This document shows positions 29,936 to 39,675 of a stretch of DNA of 64,000 nucleotides, piece after piece (position 1 is the stretch's first letter; each line of letters starts with the position of its first letter). The notes below the pieces were generated by a model. The model did not search any database, was not told where the DNA came from, and saw only the letters and a list, made by a program, of their open reading frames with translations. The position numbers and the translations under genes are program-made. Origin of the DNA: a bacterium (lineage in GTDB: Bacteria; J088; JAWLBW01); the NCBI GenBank assembly GCA_041690355.1, contig JAWLHK010000005.1, forward strand, positions 186,001 to 250,000. Reading direction: 5' to 3'.

Positions 29936-30208
29936 GTGGTTCGTGGCAGCCTCGTCGTTATTCTGATCGTGTTTCTGCTGGCCCTCTCCTTCGGGGTCAC
30001 GCACACGCACGTCTCGCCCGATCAGGCCGGACAGGAATGCATTCTCTGCCTGGCCGGTCCGGTGCAGGGCGACATCGCCCGCCCCGAAGCGCCGCCGGTT
30101 TTCACCTCCCGCCCCCTGGCGCTGCGGCTGCGCGAAACGGGCCTCGCGCCCCGTGCAGACGGACGCCATCTCTACCGCCGCGCACCCAAGAGTTCGCCTC
30201 CCGCCTGA
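29936..30208 (+). CDS. DUF2946-like CxxC leader protein
   Basis: Hydrophobic N-terminus, HTH, ECILC, C-terminal RRAPKSSPP; directly upstream of metal ABC operon. Confidence 0.6.
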   Translation: MVRGSLVVILIVFLLALSFGVTHTHVSPDQAGQECILCLAGPVQGDIARPEAPPVFTSRPLALRLRETGLAPRADGRHLYRRAPKSSPPA

Positions 30209-30266
30209 TTCTGCCGATCCGTCCAGTTCGTCCCCCGTCCGGATCTCACCAGGTTTGCGAGAGGTT

Positions 30267-31163
30267 ATGCGTATATTCTTTCTGTCGTTGGGGCTCCTGA
30301 CAGCCCTTATCAGCCCTGCCCAAGCGGCCGTGCGCGTCGTCGCCACCGTGCCCGCCCTGGCCGCGATCGCCCGCGAGGTCGGCGGCGATGCCGTCGAGGT
30401 CAGCACCCTCGTGCTCCCTTCGCAGGATCCGCATTTCGCCGATCCGCGGCCGAGCCATGCGCTGACCCTCAACCGCGCCGATCTGCTGCTCGCCGTGGGC
30501 CTGGGGCTCGAGTCGGGATGGCTGCCGACCCTGCAGCGGGGCGCCCGCAATCCCGCGATCCTCACCGGCGGCGGCGGCTACCTCGAGTGCTCCGGAGCCG
30601 CGCGGCTCAAAGAGGCGCAGAGCGCACCGATCGATCGCGCCCAGGGGGATATTCATCCGGGCGGCAACCCGCACTACCTGATCGATCCGGAGAACGCCAA
30701 GCGCTGCGCGAAGGCCGTTGCCGACCGCCTCGTCGCCCTCGATCCCGGCAAGGGAGAAGCCTACCGCAAAGGATACGCCGCGTTCGCCGCGGGGGTCGAC
30801 GCCCGGGTTGCAGAAATTCTCGCCGCATTTGCGCCCGCCAGGGGAACGCCCATCGTCGTATTCCACCGGTCGTGGATCTATCTGATCGACTGGCTGGGCC
30901 TGCGTGAAGTCGGCGCAGTGGAACCCAAACCCGGAATTCCCCCCACCCCCGCCCACGTGGCCCGGCTGCTCGCACGGATGCAGGCCGAAAAGGCGCGCGT
31001 AATCCTGCAGGAATCCTACTATCCGGTGGCGACGAGCCGTCTGCTTGCCGAACGCAGCGGCGCCCGGCTCGTGGTCGTCGACGGCGGCCCGGGTCCCTCG
31101 CAGACCTATGCCGACTACCTTCACGGCCTGGCCGGCGCCATCCGGGATGCGGCCGTACGATGA
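30267..31163 (+). CDS. Zn/Mn ABC transporter substrate-binding protein (ZnuA/TroA family)
   Basis: Signal peptide, QDPHF, GLGLE, GNPHYL, VFH, VEPKPGIPP. Confidence 0.93.
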   Translation: MRIFFLSLGLLTALISPAQAAVRVVATVPALAAIAREVGGDAVEVSTLVLPSQDPHFADPRPSHALTLNRADLLLAVGLGLESGWLPTLQRGARNPAILTGGGGYLECSGAARLKEAQSAPIDRAQGDIHPGGNPHYLIDPENAKRCAKAVADRLVALDPGKGEAYRKGYAAFAAGVDARVAEILAAFAPARGTPIVVFHRSWIYLIDWLGLREVGAVEPKPGIPPTPAHVARLLARMQAEKARVILQESYYPVATSRLLAERSGARLVVVDGGPGPSQTYADYLHGLAGAIRDAAVR

Positions 31164-31870
31164 GCGCCCTGCTCGAAACGCAGGCGCTCGTCTTCGGTTA
31201 CGAAGGCGCCCCCCTGCTCCCCCCGATCAGCCTCAGGCTCTCGCCGGGGACGATCACGGCCGTCGTCGGCCGTAACGGTTCCGGCAAGACGACGCTGCTG
31301 CGCACGCTGCTCGGCCTGCATTCTCCCCTCGGCGGCGCGGTGCGGCGCTCCGAAGCCTTCGTTCCCGGTTACGTACCGCAGCGAACGGCGCTCGACCCGC
31401 TCGTGCCGCTGCGCGTGATCGACGTCGTATCGCTGGGCGCAGACCGCGGCTGGGATTTCTTTCCGGGCGCCGGCCGGCGCAAGCGCGATCGGGTGCTCGC
31501 CTGCCTCGAGCGCGTGGGCATGACCGCGCATCTTCATCAGCGCTTTCAGTCTCTTTCCGAAGGCCAGAAGCAGCGCGTGCTGCTCGCCCGCCTGCTCGCC
31601 GGCCAGGCGTCGGTGGCCTTTCTCGACGAACCGACGGCCGCCATGGACGCGGTTGCCGAAGCAGAGACCATGCGCCTCATCGACGAGCTGCGGCGTGAGC
31701 ACTCTCTCGCCGTCGTGCTGGTGAGCCACGATCTGCCTATCGTGCGCACGCTGGCCGACGACGTGCTCTTCGTCGACCGCGATCTTCACGTCGCGCTGCA
31801 CGGCACGCCCAAGGCTATCTTTCATTCGGCGCCCTTTCTGGCGCGCTACGGAACGGAGCCCGGGCGATGA
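31160..31870 (+). CDS. Metal ABC transporter ATP-binding protein (ZnuC-like)
   Basis: GRNGSGKTT, YVPQ, LSEGQKQR, LDEPT, SHD. Confidence 0.93.
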   Translation: MSALLETQALVFGYEGAPLLPPISLRLSPGTITAVVGRNGSGKTTLLRTLLGLHSPLGGAVRRSEAFVPGYVPQRTALDPLVPLRVIDVVSLGADRGWDFFPGAGRRKRDRVLACLERVGMTAHLHQRFQSLSEGQKQRVLLARLLAGQASVAFLDEPTAAMDAVAEAETMRLIDELRREHSLAVVLVSHDLPIVRTLADDVLFVDRDLHVALHGTPKAIFHSAPFLARYGTEPGR

Positions 31871-32700
31871 CGCCGACGGAATTCCTCGAAGCGCTCCCTC
31901 TTTTCCGCGACCCGATTCTCGCCGGCGGCATCGCCGGCCTCTGCCTCGGCCTGCTCGGCATCTTCATCGTCCTGCGCCGGATGATCTTTCTCTCGGCCGC
32001 CCTCGCCCAGAGCGCGGCGCTCGGCGTCGCCCTCACCTTCTACGCCGAGATTCTGCTCGACGCCCACTTCAACACCGCCGTCGGGGCCGTGGCCTGCGCC
32101 CTGCTGGCCGGCGGGATCCTGCTCGTCTCTCCCGAACGGCTGCGCACGACGCGCGAGGCGCTGCTCGGTCTGGTTTTCGTGGGGGCCGGCGCGCTGTCGG
32201 TACTCGTGGGGAGCCGCATCGCCCAGGAGGCCCACGACATTCACGCCATTCTTTTCGGATCGGCCGTGCTCGTGCGTGCCGAGGATCTGGGTCTGCTCGC
32301 CCTGGGCGGTACCGTGAGTCTGCTCTTCTGCGTGCTCGCCTGGCGCGGACTTCTGGCCGCCAACTTCGACCCCGAAGGGGCGCGCGTGCAGGGTATTCCC
32401 GTCGGCGCGCTCACCACGACGCTGTTTCTGGTCTTCATTCTCCTGCACGCGCTCGCCACCCGCGCGCTGGGCATGCTTCCCGTCTTCGCCTTCTCGACCC
32501 TCCCCGCGATGACGGCGCTCGCCCTGACGTCGAACCTGTACGTTGCGGCCGTGCTCGCCGCCTCCTTCGGCCTTCTGGCGGGGAGCGGCGGATACGTCGC
32601 GGCTTTCTTCGGCGATTATCCCGTAGGGGCCACTCAGACCCTGACGCTCGCCGGCCTGGCCGCCGCGGCCTACATCTACCGGCTCGCGCGGCGGGGCTGA
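31867..32700 (+). CDS. Metal ABC transporter permease (ZnuB-like)
   Basis: LGIFIVLRRMIF, ILFGS, FDPEGA; multiple TMs; ATGA overlaps. Confidence 0.92.
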   Translation: MTPTEFLEALPLFRDPILAGGIAGLCLGLLGIFIVLRRMIFLSAALAQSAALGVALTFYAEILLDAHFNTAVGAVACALLAGGILLVSPERLRTTREALLGLVFVGAGALSVLVGSRIAQEAHDIHAILFGSAVLVRAEDLGLLALGGTVSLLFCVLAWRGLLAANFDPEGARVQGIPVGALTTTLFLVFILLHALATRALGMLPVFAFSTLPAMTALALTSNLYVAAVLAASFGLLAGSGGYVAAFFGDYPVGATQTLTLAGLAAAAYIYRLARRG

Positions 32701-32768
32701 GGCCGCTCTGCCGCCCGGGGTCCCGCCCGGCGATTCGCGCGGCCGTACGCGGCTGATACAATAACGGC

Positions 32769-33449
32769 ATGCAGGGGGCCGACCTTTTTCCGCTCGACGG
32801 CCGCGAGCCGCTCGAAACCATGCTCCGCCGGCGCCGCTACCGCATCATCGCCGGCGTCGACGAAGTGGGCCGCGGCTCCATCGCCGGGCCCGTCGTGGCG
32901 GCCGTCGTCATTCTGCGCAACCTGACGGCCGGTTTCGTCGCCGACATCGACGATTCGAAGAAACTCTCCGCCGACGAACGCGCGCGCCTCGCCCGCCTGA
33001 TTCACCGCCACGCCGTGGCCGTGGGGATCGGCGTCGTCGAGCACGCGGAAGTCGATCGCATCAACATCCTGCAGGCAAGCTTCGCCGCCATGCGTGCGGC
33101 GTTGGCCCGGATCGAGCCGCCGCCGGATCACCTCCTCGTCGACGGCCATCTGCGCATCCCCGATGTCACCGTGCCGCAGCTCCCCGTGGTGCAGGGAGAC
33201 GCGCGCAGCAAGAGCATCGGCGCCGCCAGCATCGTCGCCAAGGTTCACCGGGATACCCTCATGGTCGAGTACCATGACCGGTATCCGCAATATCAGTTCG
33301 CGCGGAACAAGGGGTACGGCACCGAAGAGCATTGGAAGGCGCTTCGCGAACACGGCCCGTGCCCGATTCACCGCCTGAGTTTCCAGGGCGTGGCCAACCC
33401 CGACGAGCGCAACGGCCAGCTCGTCCTGACGGGAGCGGACGTGGAATGA
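32769..33449 (+). CDS. rnhB: Ribonuclease HII
   Basis: AGVDEVGRG, DSKKL, VDG, GDARSKSIGAASIVAKV, NKGYGT, IHRLSF. Confidence 0.96.
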   Translation: MQGADLFPLDGREPLETMLRRRRYRIIAGVDEVGRGSIAGPVVAAVVILRNLTAGFVADIDDSKKLSADERARLARLIHRHAVAVGIGVVEHAEVDRINILQASFAAMRAALARIEPPPDHLLVDGHLRIPDVTVPQLPVVQGDARSKSIGAASIVAKVHRDTLMVEYHDRYPQYQFARNKGYGTEEHWKALREHGPCPIHRLSFQGVANPDERNGQLVLTGADVE

Positions 33450-34300
33450 AGAGACGCTCACAATCCGGCCGCTCCGCGACCACCCGGGCCCCCGCAGCGC
33501 CGTTCGCGGCGGGGCTCGTCCAGATGGATATCCGCCGCGGCAACGTCAAGGCGAACCTGCGCACCGCCCTGCGCGGGTTGACCGCACTCGCCCGCCGCAA
33601 GGCACGCCTTGCAGTACTGCCCGAAATGTGGACATCGGGCATGATCGCCCGCGCTCTGCCGCGCATCGTGGGCGAGGCCGACGAGGCACACCATGCCGTG
33701 CGCCGCTTCGCCCAGCAGGAGGGGATGGTCGTCATCGGTTCCTCCTACGAGCGCGAGGGGGATGCGCTCTACAACACCGCCTTCGTCTTCGACGCCGACG
33801 GCACGGTGGCCGGGCAGTACCGCAAGATCCACCTCTTCAGCCCGGGCGGCGAGCACCGACATTTCGAAGAAGGGGCGACACCGCTCGTCGCCTCGACGGC
33901 GGTCGGCCCGGTCGGCGTCACCATCTGCTACGACCTGCGCTTTCCCGAACTGTACCGCGGTCTGGCCGAGGCCGGCGCGCGCATCATCGTCGTGCCCGCC
34001 CAGTGGCCGACCGCGCGCCTGGCGCACTGGGAAACGCTGCTCGCGGCGCGGGCCATCGAAAACCAGGTCTACGTCATCGGCTGCAACCGCGTCGGCACCG
34101 AAACGCGCGACGACGGCCAGGTGCTCGCGTTCTCGGGGGGCTCGGCCATCGTCGACCCGTGGGGTACGATCCTCGCCCGCCGGCGCGGCCGCGCCGCGGC
34201 CCTGACGGGGACCATCGATCCGGCGGCCATCCGCGCCGTGCGCGAGCGGATTCCCGTGTGGAAGGATCGCCGCCCCGTCACCTACCGAACGATCCCGTAA
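33446..34300 (+). CDS. Carbon-nitrogen hydrolase (nitrilase/omega-amidase family)
   Basis: Triad motifs LPEM, YRKIHLF, ICYDLRFPE; ARAIENQ. Confidence 0.93.
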   Translation: MKRRSQSGRSATTRAPAAPFAAGLVQMDIRRGNVKANLRTALRGLTALARRKARLAVLPEMWTSGMIARALPRIVGEADEAHHAVRRFAQQEGMVVIGSSYEREGDALYNTAFVFDADGTVAGQYRKIHLFSPGGEHRHFEEGATPLVASTAVGPVGVTICYDLRFPELYRGLAEAGARIIVVPAQWPTARLAHWETLLAARAIENQVYVIGCNRVGTETRDDGQVLAFSGGSAIVDPWGTILARRRGRAAALTGTIDPAAIRAVRERIPVWKDRRPVTYRTIP

Positions 34301-34314
34301 GAAAGGCCCGACCC

Positions 34315-35055
34315 ATGCGACTGTCTCTGGAAAGCGACGACTCCCTGGTGCTCTACCAGTTCCACATCTCGCCGTACTGCGGCAAGGTGCGCGCCGTGCT
34401 GCACCACAAGGGGCTCACCTACGAAACGCGCCCCGTGCACGTCGTCGACCGCCGCAAGCTGCTCTGGGTGAGCCGGCAGCGCAAGGTGCCCGCCCTGGTT
34501 CACGACGGCAAGGTCATCGTCGACTCGACGGCCATCGTGCGCTACCTGGAAGAAACCTGGCCGCTGCCGGCCGTCTATCCGCGCGGGCGGCGCGACCGGG
34601 CCCAGGCCCTGCTCTGGGAAGACTGGGCCGACGAGTCGCTGCAGCGCGTGATCGGTCCCCTCAAGTTTCTCGACCGCGGCAATGCACGCGCGATGCACGA
34701 ACTCGAGCAACGCCACTCGTCCCCCTCCGTGGCTCGCGGCTTCGCGCGGCTCGCCCCCGTCGTGAAGCTGCAGATGGGGCTTTTCGGCGGCACGTTCTCG
34801 GTTTCCCGCCTGCACGACCGGCTCGAAGAGCTGATCACGATGTTCTCTGACCGGCTGCAGGGGCTGTATCTCGTCGGCGACCGGCCGACGATTGCCGACT
34901 TCGCCGTCTTCGCGGTACTCGAGCCGTTCGAGAACCTGAACGGCTGGTCCGTCGTGGCCGGGCACGCCAACGTGCTCGAATGGTTCGATCGGGTCAAGGC
35001 CGCGGCCGCGCCGAAAATCCGCGTTCCGGCCGAGAAGGCCGCGCCGCAGGCCTGA
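34315..35055 (+). CDS. Glutathione S-transferase family protein
   Basis: SPYCGKVR, KVPAL, DSTAIVRYL, PTIADF. Confidence 0.9.
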   Translation: MRLSLESDDSLVLYQFHISPYCGKVRAVLHHKGLTYETRPVHVVDRRKLLWVSRQRKVPALVHDGKVIVDSTAIVRYLEETWPLPAVYPRGRRDRAQALLWEDWADESLQRVIGPLKFLDRGNARAMHELEQRHSSPSVARGFARLAPVVKLQMGLFGGTFSVSRLHDRLEELITMFSDRLQGLYLVGDRPTIADFAVFAVLEPFENLNGWSVVAGHANVLEWFDRVKAAAAPKIRVPAEKAAPQA

Positions 35056-35059
35056 AGGC

Positions 35060-35596
35060 CTACTCCGAGAATTCGCGGGTACGCAGCCACTCTTCGAGCG
35101 CTGCCCGCGTCGAGGGAAACGCCAGGTCGTCCCACGGAATCTCTTCGGGGGCGAACAGCTGCATCTCGAAGCATTCTTCGCCGGCGCCCGGCGAGCCGGC
35201 CGTGATTCGCCCGGTGTAGACGACGACCACCACAGGGCGATCGGGATAGGAGTAGACGTTCAGCAGGCGGTCGATGGCCACCTCGACGAGCGCTTCTTCG
35301 CGGGCCTCGCGGCAGGCCGCGTCCGGCACCGCTTCGCCCAGATCGACGTAGCCGCCGGGAAACACCCACTTGCCGTAGCCCGGCTCGATGGACCGGCGCA
35401 GCAGCACGATCCGCCCACGGTCATCGGTCACGATGACGCCGGCCGCGATCTTGGGGTTCTGAAAGTAGATGAACTCGCACGCGACGCAGACCCGGCGCGC
35501 CGGGTCGCCCTGCTTCACGATCCGATCGGCGAGCCGGCCGCCGCAGCTCGGGCAGAAGGCATACCGGTTCTCGAAGTGCATGGGCATGTCGGCCAT
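35060..35596 (-). CDS. NUDIX hydrolase with N-terminal zinc ribbon
   Basis: FCPSCG, CVAC, NPK, GGYVDLGE...REAREE, LAFPS. Confidence 0.92.
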   Translation of the reverse strand: MADMPMHFENRYAFCPSCGGRLADRIVKQGDPARRVCVACEFIYFQNPKIAAGVIVTDDRGRIVLLRRSIEPGYGKWVFPGGYVDLGEAVPDAACREAREEALVEVAIDRLLNVYSYPDRPVVVVVYTGRITAGSPGAGEECFEMQLFAPEEIPWDDLAFPSTRAALEEWLRTREFSE

Positions 35597-35689
35597 TATA
35601 CCCGGAAATCCGCACGTCCCGGGAACCCGGCATTTCCTGGGATTTCCGCCCGGCTGGCAAGCCCAGCGCGCCCATGCCAGAATGTACCG

Positions 35690-36769
35690 ATGCTCCGCCG
35701 CATCCTTTTCACCACCGTGATCCTGGCCGTGTCGGCGTGCGCCGCTCCGGTACCCGAAGAGACCGGGATCTACCTGCGCGACGGACGGAACTGGCTGGCG
35801 CTGACCCCCTTCGACCCCGCCCCGGTGCGTCGACGGACTCCCGACGAAACGACGACCCTGCGCGCCATCCGGGCCGTCGCGGCCGGTTCGCCGCGCCTCG
35901 TCGCCGTCGGGGACAGGCCCGCAAGCCTCGCGGCGTTCGCGCGCACGGCCGAGGGCAGATGGGAGCCGTTCACGATCGTGGCCGTGCCGCATGATTCACG
36001 CGGCGACGTCACCGAGATCCGCCTCCCCGACCCGGCCCCCACCGGGCTGATCCTGCTCACGCTGGCCGAAAAGTCGGCACTGGGATTCGTGCACGGCGAC
36101 GACCCCTGGTTTTTCGACGCCCTCGGACGCGCCGAAGAGGCTGCCGGCGACTTTGACGCCGCCGAAGCCGCTTATCGCCGTGCGCTGGTTCCGAACCGGC
36201 TCCCCGACGTTCTCGGACGGCTGTCGGGCGTGCTCGCGAAGGCCGGGCGGGAGCTCGGCGAGGCGCGCAGTCTGGCCCGCGAAGCCATCGAGCGGGCCGC
36301 CGGCGCCGCAGAACGCGCGCGCTACCACGACGTACTCGCCCATGTCGAAGCGGCCGACGGAAATCCCGAGGCCGCCATCGAGGCGGTCGAGAAGGCCATC
36401 CTGCTGGATCTGAAGGCGTCCTCGTACCATCGCCACCTCGGCGACCTGATCGGCAAGATCGAACCGGAATCGCCGCAGAAGGTGCTCGAGCGCTTTTACG
36501 CCGCGATCGACAAGGAAGAGTACGGCGATGCCGAGGACCTCGCCATCGACGTAGACGCGCGGCGCCTGAACGTAGCGGGCCGCCTCAAGGAGACCTTCCG
36601 CACGATGGCGCGCGGCGGCCCCTGGCGGGATATCATCTACGTGAAGGAATTGCGCCACGGACGTGTAACCTATCTCAAGTATCAGCTCGTCGGCCCCGGC
36701 GGTGCGCGCAAGCTTGAAGACATCCAGCTTCAGTTCATCGACGGCACCTGGAAAGTAGGACTCCCATGA
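35690..36769 (+). CDS. TPR-containing lipoprotein
   Basis: Lipobox VSAC; TPR-like helices (GDFDAAEAAYRRAL); C-terminal NTF2-like segment ending DGTWKV. Confidence 0.75.
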   Translation: MLRRILFTTVILAVSACAAPVPEETGIYLRDGRNWLALTPFDPAPVRRRTPDETTTLRAIRAVAAGSPRLVAVGDRPASLAAFARTAEGRWEPFTIVAVPHDSRGDVTEIRLPDPAPTGLILLTLAEKSALGFVHGDDPWFFDALGRAEEAAGDFDAAEAAYRRALVPNRLPDVLGRLSGVLAKAGRELGEARSLAREAIERAAGAAERARYHDVLAHVEAADGNPEAAIEAVEKAILLDLKASSYHRHLGDLIGKIEPESPQKVLERFYAAIDKEEYGDAEDLAIDVDARRLNVAGRLKETFRTMARGGPWRDIIYVKELRHGRVTYLKYQLVGPGGARKLEDIQLQFIDGTWKVGLP

Positions 36770-37101
36770 CTTTGACCCCCCGCCAGCGCCAGTTTCTCAA
36801 GGGGCTCGGCCACCCGCTGCAGCCCGTCGTTCAGGTGAGCGAGATTTCGAGCGGCGTCGTGCGCGAAGCCGATCTGCAGCTCGGCCATCACGAACTCATC
36901 AAGGTGCGCATCACCATCGACGATCGGCAGGAACGCAGGCAGGCCGTCGACGACCTCGCCGCGAAGACCGCAAGCGAGATTGTGCAGGCCATCGGCAAGA
37001 CTGCGCTGCTGTACCGGCCCAACCCCGAACGTAAACAGCCGATCCGCCTCCCGGGCGCGAAGGCGGCCGGCGTTCCCCTGCCCGAAGAAGAGGATGCATG
37101 A
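36766..37101 (+). CDS. yhbY: YhbY/CRM-domain RNA-binding protein
   Basis: LTPRQRQFLKGLGHPLQPVV, HELIKV, VQAIGKTALLYR. Confidence 0.9.
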   Translation: MTLTPRQRQFLKGLGHPLQPVVQVSEISSGVVREADLQLGHHELIKVRITIDDRQERRQAVDDLAAKTASEIVQAIGKTALLYRPNPERKQPIRLPGAKAAGVPLPEEEDA

Positions 37102-37706
37102 GCCCGAAAGCGGAATTCTTCTACGACTTCGTCTCGCCCTACACGTACCTCGCCGCCGAGCGGCTGCTCACCGACCGGTATGCGGCGGCCGAGGTGGAGT
37201 GGCGCCCCTTTTTTCTCGGCGGCATCATGAAGGCGGCGGGCAACCGCCCGCCGGCCGAGGTTCCCGCCAAGGGGATCTACATGCTGCGTGACCTGAACCG
37301 GCTTGCAGAGCTCTTCAACGTTCCCTTCGCGTTCCCGGCCGACTTTCCCGTCAACTCGCTGCTCGCCCTGCGCGCGGCCACCGCCCTGAAGCAGGGCGCG
37401 CCCGACGCATTTCGCGCCTATAACGCGGCCCTGTTCCGGGCCCACTGGCGCGACGGGCGCAACATCGGAGATCCGGCTGTCTGGCGCGAGGTCGTCGTCG
37501 CCGCCGGCCTCGACGCCGACCGGCTGAGTGCGGCGGCGGCCTCGGACGAAGTCAAGGAAGAGCTCAAACGTACGACGGCCGAAGCGGCCGACCGGGGCGC
37601 CTTCGGCGCACCGACCTTTTTCGTCGACGGCGAGATGTACTTCGGGGTCGACCGGATGTTCTTCGTGGACCGGGCGCTCGGGATCGTTCCCGAGCATTCG
37701 CTCTAG
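37098..37706 (+). CDS. 2-hydroxychromene-2-carboxylate isomerase/kappa-GST (DsbA-like) family
   Basis: FFYDFVSPYTYL, WRPFFLGG, GAFGAPTFFV, YFGVDR. Confidence 0.9.
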   Translation: MSPKAEFFYDFVSPYTYLAAERLLTDRYAAAEVEWRPFFLGGIMKAAGNRPPAEVPAKGIYMLRDLNRLAELFNVPFAFPADFPVNSLLALRAATALKQGAPDAFRAYNAALFRAHWRDGRNIGDPAVWREVVVAAGLDADRLSAAAASDEVKEELKRTTAEAADRGAFGAPTFFVDGEMYFGVDRMFFVDRALGIVPEHSL

Positions 37707-38716
37707 CCCGCCCGGCCCCCGCTGATGAAGGCGGGCGCGAGACGCAGGTTCCAGCTCCCCCCTTCGTACAGGCTCTCCATCTCGCGCGCCCCGACGAGAT
37801 CGTCGACCAGCGTGATCAGGGCGTGCAGGCGCAGCAGGCGCCGCAGCGGCGTGAGCCCTTCGCCGAGGGTCATGAACGAGAGCACCGTGGCGAGCGTGCG
37901 CGGGCCCGCCACCACGATGCCGAGAAGGTTGTCACGGAACTGCCCCGCCGCGCGCCGCGCCCGCGCCAGTGCGAGCTCCGGCGCGGCGACCGGCAGCCCG
38001 GCCGCCGGGAGCAACAGCTTCGGTGACAGCCCCGCCGCCCAGGCGACGCTGCGCAGATAACTGCGCAGCGCGCCCCCGTGCCCGCTGCAGAGCAGCGGCA
38101 GTTCGTAGCCCGCCGCATGGACGAGGTCGCCGCTGAAGAGCAGCCCGTCGGGTTCGAGAAAATACCCCATGTGGAACGCGGTGGGTCCCGGCAGGTGCAC
38201 CGGGTGCAGCCGCCGTCCGCCCCCAAGCTCGATCGCGGCCGCGCCCCCATAGACCTCGTCGACCGCGAAACGGCCTTCGCGGCTCCAACACTGCTGGACG
38301 AGTTCGCGCAGGCCCGAGTCGTCGCAGACCCGCGCGAGGAGCGGGTCGTCTTCGACCGGCCGCAGCAGCATGCGCGCCGTTCGCGTGCTGAACGTCCCGT
38401 AATCGGCCCCGGCATGCCGCACGCCGGCCTCGCCGCCCACCACGGCAGACGGCCACGGGCGCCCGGGTTGCAGCAGGCCGCCGACCCGGTCGGCCCAGGC
38501 GTCGGTCAGCACGATGCGCCCGATGTCCGCCGCCCGCAGTCCGGCCTCGGCCAGGGCGGCGCCGAGGCGCTCGGCCGCGACCGGGGCCCCGTGGCCCGCG
38601 TCGATGAGCATCGGCGGATCGCCGCGCAGCAGGTAGGCATTGGTCGCAAAGAGCGCCGGGTGCGGGAGACTGATGCGCCAGACGCCGGCGGTGATCTCGG
38701 AAGCGAAGCGGGACAT
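37703..38716 (-). CDS. Metallo-beta-lactamase-fold protein with degenerate metal site
   Basis: NAYLL, LIDAG, IVLTDAWADR (for THxHxDH), LPGPT, FSGD, LLPAAG. Confidence 0.75.
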   Translation of the reverse strand: MSRFASEITAGVWRISLPHPALFATNAYLLRGDPPMLIDAGHGAPVAAERLGAALAEAGLRAADIGRIVLTDAWADRVGGLLQPGRPWPSAVVGGEAGVRHAGADYGTFSTRTARMLLRPVEDDPLLARVCDDSGLRELVQQCWSREGRFAVDEVYGGAAAIELGGGRRLHPVHLPGPTAFHMGYFLEPDGLLFSGDLVHAAGYELPLLCSGHGGALRSYLRSVAWAAGLSPKLLLPAAGLPVAAPELALARARRAAGQFRDNLLGIVVAGPRTLATVLSFMTLGEGLTPLRRLLRLHALITLVDDLVGAREMESLYEGGSWNLRLAPAFISGGRAG

Positions 38717-38771
38717 GGTTCACCGAAGGCCTGAAGTGCTCACTCCAGATTCGGCGCACCTTGCAGATTTG

Positions 38772-39653
38772 TCAAGGAATGTCGAGCGAACGCACGAACT
38801 GCAGGGCGGTCCGTCCGCTCCGGTGCCCCGCGGCCAGGGCGAATCGAAGCGCTTCCCGATGAACGGCTTCTCGGCCGCCGTCGAACCCGGCATGGTCGAG
38901 ATACCGATCGACTGCGGCCAGGTAGGTCGCCTGATCCGGTGCGTACAGCCCGATGCGCAGCCCGAAGCGGTCGGCCAGGGAAATGCGCTCTTCGACCGCC
39001 TCGCCGGGATGGATCTCATCCACCTCGGTGTTCTCCCAGAAATGTTCGGGCAGCAGATGGCGCCGGTTCGAGGTCGCGTAGACGAGCAGATTGGCGGGGC
39101 GCGCTTCGAGCCCCCCATCGAGCAGCGACTTGAGGGTCCGGTACGAGGATTCTCCCTCGCCGAATGACAGATCATCCAGAAAGAGAATGAACCGCTCCGC
39201 CCGTCCGGATACCCAGTCGCCCACCTCGGGGAGCGATTCGAAGCCGTCCCGCTCCACGGCGATCATGCGCAGGCCGCGGGCATGATGCCGGGTGAGCATG
39301 GCTTTCACCAGCGAACTCTTGCCTGTGCCGCGCGCCCCCCAGAGCAGCACGTCATTCGCCGGACGTCCGCCGACATGACGAACCGTGTTCGCGTCGAGCT
39401 GAGCCAGGGCATCGTCGACGCCGACGAGCAGCCCCGGGTCGAAGAGATGCGGCCGGCGAATGGGGCGCGGTCCCCGCTCGGTCCATCGCCAGGCCAACGC
39501 ATCCTCGCGTTCCTCAGGCGGGGCCGGGGCCAGAAAGGCCTCGGCAATCCGCTCGAGCGCCCGGGCGGCACGCAGGATCGGTTCCTCCTTCCGGCGCGCC
39601 AGAGCGGCCGGGACCGAGGGGGCTGTGGCGGGCGTCTTCGGTTTGCGCGGCAT
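38772..39653 (-). CDS. DUF815-family AAA+ ATP-binding protein
   Basis: PANDVLLWGARGTGKSS, FLDDLSF, YATSNRRHL, SLADRFGL, RSGRTA. Confidence 0.92.
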   Translation of the reverse strand: MPRKPKTPATAPSVPAALARRKEEPILRAARALERIAEAFLAPAPPEEREDALAWRWTERGPRPIRRPHLFDPGLLVGVDDALAQLDANTVRHVGGRPANDVLLWGARGTGKSSLVKAMLTRHHARGLRMIAVERDGFESLPEVGDWVSGRAERFILFLDDLSFGEGESSYRTLKSLLDGGLEARPANLLVYATSNRRHLLPEHFWENTEVDEIHPGEAVEERISLADRFGLRIGLYAPDQATYLAAVDRYLDHAGFDGGREAVHREALRFALAAGHRSGRTALQFVRSLDIP

Positions 39654-39675
39654 GGGGCGTCCGTCGGGGATGGGC

